A DNA stretch of 64,000 bases, taken from positions 192,001 through 256,000 of the forward strand of contig CAVVTZ010000009.1 of the NCBI GenBank assembly GCA_963751275.1, read 5' to 3'. A program made the position numbers and the translations under genes. Positions 20,957 to 31,381 of this stretch are shown piece after piece (within the stretch, counting starts at the first letter, position 1; every line of letters starts with the position of its first letter). This stretch comes from an uncultured Gemmatimonadaceae bacterium (GTDB lineage: Bacteria > Gemmatimonadota > Gemmatimonadetes > Gemmatimonadales > Gemmatimonadaceae). A model generated the notes under the pieces. That model was not told the origin of the DNA, did no database searches, and saw nothing but the letters and a program-made list of their open reading frames with translations.

Positions 20957-21355
20957 ATGAAGATCCTACTCGTCGTTCCCGCGCTCCTGCTCGCGCATCA
21001 CGCGTTCTTCGCGGATTACACGTTCAACGTGCCGGTGAATTTGCAGGACTACCAGCAGCCGTCGAGCTATGTGGGCTCGTCGCAGTCCATCTACTGCGTC
21101 GTGCTCACGGGAACGACCGAGCTCGGCACGGGCCGCACGCCCATCGCGATCCCCGCGAGCGGCAACTTCAACGCCACGGTGACGGTCGCGGTCACGATGC
21201 GCTCAGGCCACGCGCCCAGCGAAGCGACGGACTACCGCTGCTGGTTCACTGTGGCCGACGCGGTGCCGGCGGCCACCGCGGTCTCACGCGGCGAGCTGCA
21301 CCCGCGCGCGGGCACGACGCCGGTGCTCCTCGTGAGCGGGCACATCACGCACTAG
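20957..21355 (+). CDS. Secreted two-Cys beta-rich protein (paralog of 20042..20476)
   Basis: Signal peptide, DYTFNVPVN...IYCVV...VTVAVT...DYRC. Confidence 0.75.
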   Translation: MKILLVVPALLLAHHAFFADYTFNVPVNLQDYQQPSSYVGSSQSIYCVVLTGTTELGTGRTPIAIPASGNFNATVTVAVTMRSGHAPSEATDYRCWFTVADAVPAATAVSRGELHPRAGTTPVLLVSGHITH

Positions 21356-23806
21356 TAGATCGCGTCCTCGTCCTCGCCGAAGGGATCGCCCGGCGGCGCG
21401 CGCAGCGCCGGCGTGAGTTTCGGAAGGGTGCCCTCCTCCTCGTAGTGCGCGATGTCGCTCGCGATGAGCGACCAGAAGGCGCGATCCTCCACGCTCCCCG
21501 TGGCCGACCGCGCCTTCGCCATCGTCTTCCACGCGCTGAGCTTGTACGCCGCGATCGCGCGTACCTGGCCGAGCGCGGTGGAATCGGCGGCCAGCAGCAT
21601 CACGCGGTCCACGAGCGCCCGGCGCGATACCTTGAGCAGCGCCTCGCTCTTCACATCGGTCGCGCTCTTCGTCAGCGTCGCCGCGGCGAGCGCGTCGATC
21701 GTCTCGCTCAGCGTGAGCGGATTGGTCTGATGCGGCGCGAATTCCACCAGCCGCGCCGCGCGGTCCTTCTGCAGCACGTCGTCGACGATCATTTGCGCGA
21801 GCGTGCGCGCGGCGCCCAGTTCGTCGAAGGCCGGCCGCGTGCGGCTCGAGAAGATCTCCACGCCGCCGTTGTAGCCCGGCGGCGCCGGCGCGAGCAGCCT
21901 GAGGATGGTATCCGGGATCGCCAGCTCGCTCGGCGCGAGCGCGCCCACCAGCATCTTGAGCGCCGCGCGCTGCCGCGCCGGATCGATCAGCCGCGTGGCG
22001 TTCTCGCCGTCGCCGCGCACGGCGAAGGTGTATTCCATGCCCGCCGAGCGTGCGCGCGGTGGCGCTGATCCCGAAACGGTGGAACAGGTATAGAGGCACG
22101 AAGCGGTCGTGCAGCAGGGCCACCGGCTCGCCCTCGCGAATGTTCCGCAGCCCGAACTCCTTCATCGCCACCCGGCGCACGTCCATCTGCCGCTGGAGGA
22201 ACAGCGTCGCAGTCGCCGCGTCGTCCCACAGGTTCGTGCGCGGATCGGACGCGAAGTCCGGCCGCGCATCCTGATCCGTCAGGTACAGATATCCCTTCTT
22301 CAGCCCCTCGGCCATGATCGCCTTGAGCGAATCGGCCTCGCTCGCCGCGGGGAAGATCCCGTAGCCCCAGTGGATGGCCCACACGTCGTAGTCGCCGGGT
22401 CCCATCGCGTAGGCCTGGCTCACGTCCACCGCGCCCTTGTCGTTCAGCATGATGCGCGGCGCGGGGTAATCCATGACCGACCCGCGCTCGTACGTGCTCG
22501 CGATGTAATTGTGCGCCAGCCCCAGCGTGTGGCCGATCTCGTGCGCGGTCACCTGGCGCACGCGGCCCAGCACGAAATGCGTGTCCGCCGGTGTCGGATT
22601 TGCGCCCATGAGCGCCGCGTAGAGGTTGTACGCCGTGCGGTTGCGGTGCGAGTCCATGTGCGCCACGCCCTTCAGGTTCTCCCCCGTGCGCGGATCGCCC
22701 ATCGAACCGCCGAAGCTCCAGCCGCGCTCGTTGCGGTTGATCCAGAGCACCATGTTGTAGCGCACATCCATCGGATCGGCGCCGGCGGGAAGATCCTTCA
22801 CCACGAATCCGCCCTTGAGCCCCGCGCGGTCGAAGGCCTCGCTCCAGAACTTCGCGCCCGTCACCGACGCCGAATGCATCGGCTCCGGGATCGCGGGGTC
22901 AATGTAGTAGACGATGGGATTCTTGATGGGGCTGTTGGGATCGTTCGGGTTCGTCCGTTCGAGACGGAAGCGCGAGATCCAGTGCACATCGAGTCGCCCC
23001 TGGATCGGCTGCCCGAAGTCCTTGAAATCGACGCCGAAGAATCCGATGCGCGGGTCGGCGACGCGCGGGCGATAGTCGTCGTTCGGCAGCCGCACGAGAC
23101 TGTAATGCACGCGCAGCGTGAACGCGTGGCCGTCGGCCGCCACCTGGCTCACGGTATTCCCCGGCGCGCCGTTCGCGACGAAGGTCTGCGCGATGTCGAT
23201 CTCGGTGTTGTCGGGGAATCCCTTGGTGAACGGCGTGTACACGCTCGAACGGTCCTTCGCCAGCGAGTAACTCCCCTCATGCTCGCTCTGCAGCCGCTCG
23301 CCCACCGCGAGCCAGTCGCGGATGAACAGATCGGTGGCATCCACGAGGATCTTCCCGTTCTCGGTCGCGAGCACCGGCATACTCGCCATGGTGCTCGGCG
23401 GGAACGATTCCATCACCGACTGCCCGTTCGGCGAACTCGCGCCGAGCGAACTGCGGTACTTCCAGTTCTCGACCACGAGCAGCAGCCGGTCGCCCGTGCG
23501 CTGGACGTGCACGACGCGGTCATCGTCGGCCGCGCCGCGGTCGAAGCCGAGCGGATTGGAGCCGAGCCCGGTGGCCTCCTGCGCGAAGAGCAGGAACTTC
23601 ATCGAGTCGTGCGGGACCTCCATGAGGATCTTCCCGTTCTTCTCGTCGAGGTAGAGCGGGATGAAGCCGTCACGCTTCTCCATGCCCGCGGTCTTGGAGG
23701 CGATCGTGGCCGGACCCGTAGAAGCCGCGGGTTGCTGGGCGTTCGCAGCTGTCGCGATCGTGAGGACACAGGAAAGCGCGGTGATCGTACGGAATGAATT
23801 CAGCAT
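21352..23806 (-). CDS. Secreted zinc metalloprotease (metzincin; DUF5117/DUF4953 type), frameshift near 22040
   Basis: HEIGHTLGLAHN zinc motif, SVMDY Met-turn, DPRIGFF, signal peptide. Confidence 0.88.
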
Positions 23807-23866
23807 GGCTTCGCGGAGAGGGAATAGGGAACAGAGAGTATGCGGCGCGGGACGATGAAGTTCAAC

Positions 23867-24165
23867 GGCTCCTCGGATCCTCAGCCGCCTCGATGCCGAA
23901 CACACGCATCACAGTTCAAGTTTGAACGGATCAACCGGATTGGAGCGGATGACGCGGATCGCTCCGCGTGGCGTATTGGCGCCGTGAGGCGAGGCGGAGT
24001 CCGCGCACTTGTTGTTAACGACAAATACGATAACTCGACCCTACTCGGCGATCCTGCTGCACCCATGGAGCAATCCGCGTCATCCGCTCCGATCCGGTTG
24101 ATCCGTTCAAACTTGAACCGTGATGCGTGTGTTCGGCGTCGCGGCGGCTGAGGATCCAAGGAGCC
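23867..24165. repeat. Core-arm palindromic element, copy D (extended arms)
   Basis: ~99-bp inverted arms 23867-23965 / 24067-24165; CGGA at 23927, 23936, 23946, 23955; GTTAAC at 24014-24019, central. Confidence 0.95.
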
Positions 24166-24209
24166 TTGGCCGTCGGGTCGCGCCACTCGCGGCGCGTTAT
24201 CTTCTTGCC

Positions 24210-24593
24210 ATGGCGAGTGATCTGACGATTGGCCGAGTGCTCATCCGGGCCCTGCGCCGCCGCTGCCCCAACTGCGGCGGCCAGCCGATCTTCATCGACT
24301 GGTTCCGGATGTTGCCCGGCTGCATCAATTGCGGACTCGCGCTCGAGCGCGGCGAGGAGGGTTATCAGGTGGGCGCGTACATGATCAACATCGGCGCCAC
24401 GCTCCTCCTGTTCGTCGGCGGCTTCGCCGGCGCGCTGGTCGCGACGTGGCCCTCGCCGCCGTGGACCCTTCTGACGTATGTTGCCGCGGCGCTGATGATC
24501 GCGTTCCCGATCTTCTTCTATCCGTATTCCAAGACACTCTTCCTGGGGTTCGACCTCTTGATCCATCCACCGTTCGACAGCGGCGATCGATGA
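24210..24593 (+). CDS. DUF983 family protein
   Basis: RCPNCGG...CINCGL zinc-ribbon, two TM helices. Confidence 0.8.
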   Translation: MASDLTIGRVLIRALRRRCPNCGGQPIFIDWFRMLPGCINCGLALERGEEGYQVGAYMINIGATLLLFVGGFAGALVATWPSPPWTLLTYVAAALMIAFPIFFYPYSKTLFLGFDLLIHPPFDSGDR

Positions 24594-26176
24594 GCAAGCG
24601 GCCTCCACGCGGCATCGTCGTCGGCGGCGCGCCCAAGTGGCGCGCGAGCCCCATCCTGTCCGCGGCGGCGATCGAATTCGTCGCCGAGCTCGCGCGCGCG
24701 CATCGCTCGACGATCGCGAAGCTCCTTGCGCGCCGCGCCGAGCGCGCGAAGGAGATGGATGCGCTCGCCGCCGCCGGCAAGCCGATCCTCGATTTCCTCG
24801 AGAGCACGCGCACGGTGCGCGAGACCGAATGGGTGTGCGCGACGATCCCCGCCGACCTGCGCGACCGCCGCGTTGAGATCACCGGACCCGTCGATCGCAA
24901 GATGGTCATCAATGCGCTCAACTCCGGCGCGCGCGTGTTCATGGCCGATTTCGAGGATTCCACCACCCCCACGTGGGAGAATCTCATCGCCGGCCAGCAG
25001 AACCTCTGCGATGCGGTGCGCCGTACGATCACCTTCGAGTCCGGCGGCAAGCATTACGCGCTCAACGACAAGACGGCCGTGCTCATGGTGCGCCCGCGCG
25101 GGCTGCATCTTCCCGAGGCGCATTTCGTCGTGGACGGTGAGCCGATCCCCGGCGCGCTGCTCGACTTCGGCCTCTTCTTCTTCCACAACGCCAAGGCGTT
25201 GGTCGATCGCGGCACCGGTCCGTATTTCTATCTCCCAAAGCTCGAGAGTCATCTCGAGGCGCGCGTCTGGAACGATGTCTTCATCCAGGCGCAGCGCGCG
25301 CTCGGCGTCCCGCTCGGCACGATCCGCGCCACGGTGCTCATCGAGACGCTCCCCGCCGCCTTCGAGATGCACGAGATCCTGCACGAGCTGCGCCAGCACG
25401 CCGCCGGGCTCAACTGCGGCCGCTGGGATTACATCTTCTCCTTCATCAAGAAGCACCGCGCCAGCGCGACCGCCATCCTCCCCGATCGCGCGCAGATCAC
25501 GATGGACAAGGGATTCCTGCGCGCGTACTCACAGCTGCTCATCCGCACCTGCCACCGCCGCGGCGTGCACGCGATGGGCGGCATGGCGGCGCAGATCCCG
25601 ATCAAGAACGATCCCGCGAAGAACGACGCCGCGCTCGAGCGCGTGCGCGCCGACAAGCGGCGCGAGGCCACGGACGGCCACGACGGCACCTGGGTCGCGC
25701 ATCCGGGACTCGTGCCCGTCGCCATGGAGATCTTCGACGCCGCGATGCCCGGCCCCAACCAGCTCGGCAAGCTCCGCGAGGATGTGAACGTCACCACCGC
25801 CGACCTGCTCGGCGTGCCCGCCGGCACGCGCACCGAGGCCGGGCTGCGGCACGACGTGCGCGTCGGCATCCAGTACATCGAGGCGTGGCTGCGCGGCGTC
25901 GGCTGCGTGCCGCTCTACGACCTCATGGAGGACGCCGCCACCGCCGAGATCAGCCGCGCGCTCGTGTGGCAGTGGCTGAAGCACGGCGTGACCGTCGGGG
26001 AATTGCCGCTTACACCCGCGCGATTCAATGCCATCGTTCAGGAGGAGACGCGCGACCTCACCGGCGGACGTTTCGCCGACGCGCGCGCTCTCTTCGTTTC
26101 GCTCTCCACCGCGAACGACTTCGCCGACTTCCTGACGATCCCCGCGTACGAACGGATCGTCGCCGACAATTCCTGA
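24590..26176 (+). CDS. aceB: Malate synthase A
   Basis: [57 protein letters not shown]. Confidence 0.97.
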   Translation: MSKRPPRGIVVGGAPKWRASPILSAAAIEFVAELARAHRSTIAKLLARRAERAKEMDALAAAGKPILDFLESTRTVRETEWVCATIPADLRDRRVEITGPVDRKMVINALNSGARVFMADFEDSTTPTWENLIAGQQNLCDAVRRTITFESGGKHYALNDKTAVLMVRPRGLHLPEAHFVVDGEPIPGALLDFGLFFFHNAKALVDRGTGPYFYLPKLESHLEARVWNDVFIQAQRALGVPLGTIRATVLIETLPAAFEMHEILHELRQHAAGLNCGRWDYIFSFIKKHRASATAILPDRAQITMDKGFLRAYSQLLIRTCHRRGVHAMGGMAAQIPIKNDPAKNDAALERVRADKRREATDGHDGTWVAHPGLVPVAMEIFDAAMPGPNQLGKLREDVNVTTADLLGVPAGTRTEAGLRHDVRVGIQYIEAWLRGVGCVPLYDLMEDAATAEISRALVWQWLKHGVTVGELPLTPARFNAIVQEETRDLTGGRFADARALFVSLSTANDFADFLTIPAYERIVADNS

Positions 26177-26189
26177 GCAAGACCATCAC

Positions 26190-27445
26190 ATGACTCCCGC
26201 CACCAAGACTCCCGCCGATCGCTTCGCCGGGATCACGCGTCCGTACACCCCGGCCGATGTCCTGCGGCTGCGCGGGAGCTACAAGGTCGAGTACACGATC
26301 GCTCGGCTCGGCGCCGAGCGTCTCTGGGACCTACTGCATGCGCGAGCCGTACGTCATCGTCGCTCGGCGCGCTCACCGGCAATCAGGCGGTGCAGCAGGT
26401 GCGCGCCGGGCTGCAGGCGATCTATCTCTCCGGCTGGCAGGTGGCCGCCGACGCGAACACGGCGGGGCGCACGTATCCGGACCAGAGCCTCTATCCGGTG
26501 GACAGCGTGCCGGCGGTGGTCCGGCGGATCAACGCGGCGCTCATTCGCGCGGACCAGATCGAGTCGTCGGAAGGGAAGACCTCGCGCCACTGGCTCGCGC
26601 CGATCGTCGCCGACGCGGAGGCGGGATTCGGCGGGCCGCTCAACGCGCACGAGTTGATGCGCAGCATGATCGAGGCCGGCGCCGCGGGCGTGCACTTCGA
26701 GGATCAGTTGGCGTCCGAGAAGAAATGCGGTCACATGGGCGGGAAGGTGGTGGTACCGATCGGGCATTTCATTCGCACGCTCGTGGCCGCGCGTCTCGCG
26801 GCGGACATCTGCGACGTGCCCACGCTGCTCGTGGCGCGCACCGATGCCGACAGCGCGAAGCTGATCACCAGCGACATCGATGAGCGCGACCATCCCTTCA
26901 TCGAGAAGGACGGCCGCACGGCGGAGGGGTTCTACCGGCTGAAGAGCGGGCTCGCGGCGTGCATCGCGCGCGGCCTCGCGTACGCGCCGTATGCCGACAT
27001 CATCTGGTGCGAGACATCCACGCCGGACCTCACGCAGGCGAAGCAGTTCGCCGAGGGGATCCACGCCGAGTTCCCGGGGAAACTGCTCGCCTACAACTGT
27101 TCGCCGAGCTTCAATTGGCGGAAGAACCTCGACGAAGCGACGATCGCGAAGTTCCAGCGCGAGCTGGCGGCGATGGGCTACAAGTTCCAGTTCGTGACGC
27201 TCGCGGGCTTCCACGCGATCAACTTCACGATGTACGAGCTATCGCGCGATTATCTCGCGCGCGGCATGAGCGCGTACTCGGAATTCCAGCAGCGCGAATT
27301 CGCGGCGGAGGCGGATGGGTACACCGCAATGCGCCACCAGCGCGAAGTGGGCGCGGGATATTTCGACCAGGTGGCGGAGATCATCTCGGGCGGAACGGCA
27401 TCTACCCTCGCGTTGAAAGGCAGTACCGAGAAGGCGCAGTTCTGA
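26190..27445 (+). CDS. aceA: Isocitrate lyase; frameshift(s) near 26340-26370
   Basis: [44 protein letters not shown]. Confidence 0.95.
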
Positions 27446-27457
27446 CGGCACAGCGAA

Positions 27458-27577
27458 GTCGTTAGTCGTAGGCATTTAGTCCGAGGCATGACAACGGATG
27501 GCGTAAGACTCTCGAACTCGCTTTCACACCATACAATTGGTTGTCATGCCTCGGACTAAACGCGTACGACCAACGAC
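27458..27577. repeat. Inverted repeat, GAGGCATGACAAC family
   Basis: 38-bp arms 27458-27495 / 27540-27577 with 3 mismatches; 44-nt loop. Confidence 0.9.
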
Positions 27578-27586
27578 CGTTGTCTA

Positions 27587-28067
27587 GTGTCTTACGGCAA
27601 GCGGATCCTCGCCACGGCGTCGATCGCCGTCGCGCGGCCGCCGGCCGTCGCGTTCCGCCCGATCGAGCGCATCGGCGGCGCCACTGGGTACTACGCATTC
27701 GATTTCCTCTGGCATTCGCGCGGGATGCTCGACCGGTTCCTCGGCGGCCCCGGCCTCGTGCGCGGGCGGCCGCCGCGCGACACGCTGCGCGTGGGCGACA
27801 AGGTGGACTACTGGCACGTCGCCGAGCTGGAGCCCGGCCGCCGCCTGCGCCTCGACTGCGAGATGAAGCTGCCCGGCCGCGGCTGGCTCGAGTTCGAGGT
27901 CACCGGCGACGCGCGCGGCTCGGTGATCCGGCAGACGACCGCCTTCGATCCGCGTGGTATGAGCGGGCTCGTCTACTGGTACGGGATGTATCCGCTGCAC
28001 CAGAATGGTGTTCGACGCGATGCTCCGCGCGATCGCCGCAGCTGCCATGCGCGAGCCGGGCGTCTAG
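27587..28067 (+). CDS. DUF2867 domain protein (resembles the C-terminal part of YbjT-like SDRs), frameshift near 28005
   Basis: RIGGATGYY...LW..RG.LD..LGGPGL.RGR, EMKLPGRGWLEF, FDPRGMSGLVYWY. Confidence 0.7.
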
Positions 28068-28112
28068 CGTTCTACTCATCGCTCGTCGGGGCTCTCGAGC
28101 GGGAACACAATT

Positions 28113-28327
28113 ATCACGGTAGAAGTTTCGGCCGGATCAACCGGATGATTCCGATTATCCGGATAGGCCTGAGGGTACTCACGCACCCGAGGCGCGGGTC
28201 GAGGGCCGAATTGTTGTTAACCACAAATACACAGCGCCGGCCGTCTCGCACGGTGCATCTCCGGCGCGCGGAGCAATCCGATTGATCCGAGTCATCCGGT
28301 TGATCCGGCCGAAACTTCTATCGTGAT
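28113..28327. repeat. Core-arm palindromic element, copy E
   Basis: Arms ATCACGGTAGAAGTTTCGGCCGGATCAACCGGATGA... and complement; C(G/C)GA at 28133, 28142, 28151, 28160; GTTAAC at 28216-28221. Confidence 0.92.
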
Positions 28328-28355
28328 GCCAGCCCGGAGCAGGTCCAGTAACTAC

Positions 28356-29279
28356 TTACCGTCCTTCGATGAACGTCCCGTCGCGCAGGTCGCTCAGCGC
28401 CTGACGGAGTTCCTGCTCGGTGTTCATCACGATCGGGCCGTACCAGGCGACGGGCTCTTCGATCGGCTTGCCGCTCACGAGCAGGAAGCGGATGCCGCGC
28501 TCGCCGGACTGCACGGTGATCTCGTCGCCGCTGCCGAAGAGCACGAGATTGCGGTCCTGCGCGAAGTCCTCGTTCGCGCGTCGCGCCTCGCCGGGCGTCA
28601 CGAGCGTGCCCACATGCTCGGTCTCGATCGCGCGCGGCGCTGAAGCGTCGCGGAACTTGCCGTCGCCTTCGAAGATGTAGGCGAAGGCGTGTGCACCGCG
28701 TTCCACCTTCAGCGACTTCTTCTTGCCGGGCGGCACCCACACATCCAGGTAGCGCGGCTCCGCGGCCACGCCTTCCACCGGACCTTTCTTTCCCCAGAAA
28801 TCGCCCACCACCACGCGCACGCGGGTGCCGTCGTCATCGGTCACTTCGGGGATGTCCTTGGCCGCGATGTCCTGGTAGCGCGGATGCGTCATCTTGAGCG
28901 ACGACGGGAGATTCGCCCAGAGCTGGAAGCCGTGCATGCGCCCCTTCGCGTCGCCCTGCGGCATCTCCTGGTGCATGATGCCGCGTCCCGCGGTCATCCA
29001 CTGCACGTCGCCCGCGCCGAGGCTGCCGGTATTGCCCAGACTGTCGCCGTGTGCGACCGTGCCGGCGAGGACGTAGGTGATCGTCTCGATCCCGCGGTGC
29101 GGATGCCATGGAAAGCCGGCGAGGTAATCCGCCGGGTTCTCGTTGCGGAAATCGTCGAGCAACAGGAACGGGTCATACTCTTCGGTGTCGCCGAATCCGA
29201 AGGCGCGGCGGAGACGCACACCGGCGCCTTCCATCGTAGGTTGGGATTCAATGATCCGCTTTACTGGACGAATGGACAT
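28356..29279 (-). CDS. Pirin family protein
   Basis: DPFLLLD, GFPWHPHRGIETITY, QWMTAGRGIMHQE, GPIVMNT. Confidence 0.95.
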   Translation of the reverse strand: MSIRPVKRIIESQPTMEGAGVRLRRAFGFGDTEEYDPFLLLDDFRNENPADYLAGFPWHPHRGIETITYVLAGTVAHGDSLGNTGSLGAGDVQWMTAGRGIMHQEMPQGDAKGRMHGFQLWANLPSSLKMTHPRYQDIAAKDIPEVTDDDGTRVRVVVGDFWGKKGPVEGVAAEPRYLDVWVPPGKKKSLKVERGAHAFAYIFEGDGKFRDASAPRAIETEHVGTLVTPGEARRANEDFAQDRNLVLFGSGDEITVQSGERGIRFLLVSGKPIEEPVAWYGPIVMNTEQELRQALSDLRDGTFIEGR

Positions 29280-29320
29280 ATGACCGCAGACGTTGGACGT
29301 TAGACGCTAAATGAAACGAG

Positions 29321-29354
29321 CCCGGCGCTCACGAATGAATACGTGAGCGCCGGG
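29321..29354 (-). terminator. Probable terminator hairpin
   Basis: 13-bp stem CCCGGCGCTCACG/CGTGAGCGCCGGG downstream of the 29406 stop; U-rich tail on - strand. Confidence 0.55.
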
Positions 29355-29405
29355 TAAAGTTCCGAACTCTGCCGTGCGATACGCTATACGCGAGACGCCA
29401 GCTGT

Positions 29406-30236
29406 TCACTTCAGCTTCGCGAGCTTGTCCTTGAGCCGCTGGCTTTGCGGGAATCTCGCGATGAGCGCGGTGAGGACCACCTTCGCGGAATCGGTCTGTC
29501 CCATCGCGATGAAGGCGTCGGCTTTCGTGGACTGGTAGCGCCCCCACATGCGCGACGTGTCCGCCGGCACGGGGAGTTTGGCCAACTGCGCCATCGCGGC
29601 GGCGCCGTCCTTCTTGTCCATGATGAGACTCTGCGCGTAGGCGAGTTGGATCTGCTGGTCGTTCGGATAGCGGCGCGCGAGCTCCTCGAATTCCTGCGCG
29701 GCGGCGGCCGGGTTCTTCTGGTCGCGGTCGAGCAGCGCGCGGTTGTACAGCGCCGCGACCATGGTGTGGTTCACGTCGGTGGTGTCGTTCGTGCGCTCGC
29801 CCACGCCGCCGGCATACGAATAGACCACGATGCCGCCGAGCCGGCCAACGTCGTACACCTCGTACGCGCCCCACAGACAGATCGCCGCCGACGCCATGAT
29901 GAGATACTTCTTCCACTTCGCGAGCGCCGGGATGAGCGCCGCGATCTCGATCGCCGAGATGAAGAGGAAGAGATTGCGTACATCATGACCCGCATCCTCG
30001 TGTGCCTGCACCGCGGCCGCCGCGCCCGGGATCCGCTCGGACAGCTCGTGCGTGTTGGTCCCCGACATGACCGCGAACACCGCCGCGACGGTGCCGAGGA
30101 GGAGGATGACGGTCGCCGCATGGTCGGTCCACGGCCACTTGCCGGTGACCGAGATCAACCGGAACATGATGCCCAGCCCAAGGCCGGCGATGACGAAGTG
30201 GACGATCTGCGGATGGTAATAGCCGATATCAGGCAT
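29406..30236 (-). CDS. DUF2231 membrane domain plus TPR protein
   Basis: HPQIVHF, H-E, GGIVVYSYAGG, C-terminal TPR. Confidence 0.78.
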   Translation of the reverse strand: MPDIGYYHPQIVHFVIAGLGLGIMFRLISVTGKWPWTDHAATVILLLGTVAAVFAVMSGTNTHELSERIPGAAAAVQAHEDAGHDVRNLFLFISAIEIAALIPALAKWKKYLIMASAAICLWGAYEVYDVGRLGGIVVYSYAGGVGERTNDTTDVNHTMVAALYNRALLDRDQKNPAAAAQEFEELARRYPNDQQIQLAYAQSLIMDKKDGAAAMAQLAKLPVPADTSRMWGRYQSTKADAFIAMGQTDSAKVVLTALIARFPQSQRLKDKLAKLK

Positions 30237-30291
30237 GCTGGAGGCGCTCGGTGAGAGTGAGAGGTACGTAAGGATAGTCCGTTGCTTCCCG

Positions 30292-30424
30292 GCGAGTGTG
30301 AACCCCGAACCACGTACTTGGTCCCCCGAACTCCGTCAGAAATGAGTGGTTCGTTGTACGACGAACCTCTCGTTATTCGCGGAGTTCGGGGGACCAATGA
30401 CGGGGTTCGGGGTGCCACACTCGC
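30292..30424. repeat. Imperfect long intergenic hairpin
   Basis: GCGAGTGTG..ACCCCGAACC..TTGGTCCCCCGAACTCCG pairs with CGGAGTTCGGGGGACCAA..GGTTCGGGGT..CACACTCGC. Confidence 0.85.
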
Positions 30425-30432
30425 GGTGTACT

Positions 30433-31380
30433 CTAGTGGCGCGACACCGCCGTCAGTGCCAGCGGCACTCGCCGGAGCCCGTGCCACATATATACGCCTC
30501 CGTCCCGCGCAACGATGCGCATTTGTGCGGAAACGCCGCCGTCCAGCGCCACCGCGCGGCGGCAGCCGAGCGCTCCCATGAGCGCGGCGGTCTCCGGAAC
30601 AGTGAGCCCGAACGGGATGCCACCGAGCGAAGCGCCCAGCGCATCGAATCGCGTGAGCGCCACGATGAGCGTGCCGTCGGGCATCTGCCCGATCGCCAAT
30701 CGCGCATCGCGATGCTCGAGGTCGATCAAGCCGCTCGCTTCGCGGAGCAGCTTCGGCACCTCGCCATCGCCCTCGAGCAGTGTGGGGTACGACTGGAACG
30801 CCTCGACCACGCCGGCGGGGTGATCGGCGCGCCCCAGTGCGCGCCGCCTCGTGACGTCCGCATCGTTCTCGAAGGTCACCGAGCCGGCGGAGTCGATCAC
30901 CAGCGCGCCCGCCAGCGGACCGGTGCCCGGCGCCCGGTACTCCACGCCATCGTGCACGACCCACCCCCACACCGCGCCCCCGCTGAACTGCCCCGCGTTG
31001 AACGCGACCACCGCCGAGTCCGGCGCCTGGTCGATGTTCCACACCGCTGTGCCGCCGTCCGGCGCCGCGCCGTTCGCGAGGCGCAGCGTCACCGCGCGCG
31101 GATCGATCTTCGCGACCACCACGCGCGTGCGCCACGCCTCGCCGCTGCCGGAGAGTTCGATCTCCGCCCACCGCACGCCGCGCGCGCCATCGTGCCATGC
31201 GAGCGCCGCGGTCACCGCCGGATCCGCCGCCGCCCAGCGCGACGGCGCGCGCTGTGCGCGCCACCACGTGACCCACTCGCCACTCCCGCCGCGCACGCCG
31301 AGCTCCGCCCCGCTCGGCGGTGCGCCGAGCGAGGGCACGAGTGCCGCGAGGATGAGGAGCCGGCGTGCGGTCGCGCGCAC
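30433..31380 (-). CDS. Phosphodiester glycosidase (NAGPA/DUF2233) family protein
   Basis: FNAGQF, FQSYP.L, ARLAIG, MGALGC..AVALDGGVS. Confidence 0.82.
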   Translation of the reverse strand: MRATARRLLILAALVPSLGAPPSGAELGVRGGSGEWVTWWRAQRAPSRWAAADPAVTAALAWHDGARGVRWAEIELSGSGEAWRTRVVVAKIDPRAVTLRLANGAAPDGGTAVWNIDQAPDSAVVAFNAGQFSGGAVWGWVVHDGVEYRAPGTGPLAGALVIDSAGSVTFENDADVTRRRALGRADHPAGVVEAFQSYPTLLEGDGEVPKLLREASGLIDLEHRDARLAIGQMPDGTLIVALTRFDALGASLGGIPFGLTVPETAALMGALGCRRAVALDGGVSAQMRIVARDGGVYMWHGLRRVPLALTAVSRH

Positions 31381-31381
31381 C

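Noticed and set aside
19342..21355. Canonical curli, Fap or chaperone-usher operon
   Set aside because: No CsgG/FapF/usher-like gene nearby, and the repeats lack the Q/N signature; kept only as an analogy.
26330..26390. Programmed frameshift in aceA
   Set aside because: No slippery sequence; it fits the window-wide indel error pattern.
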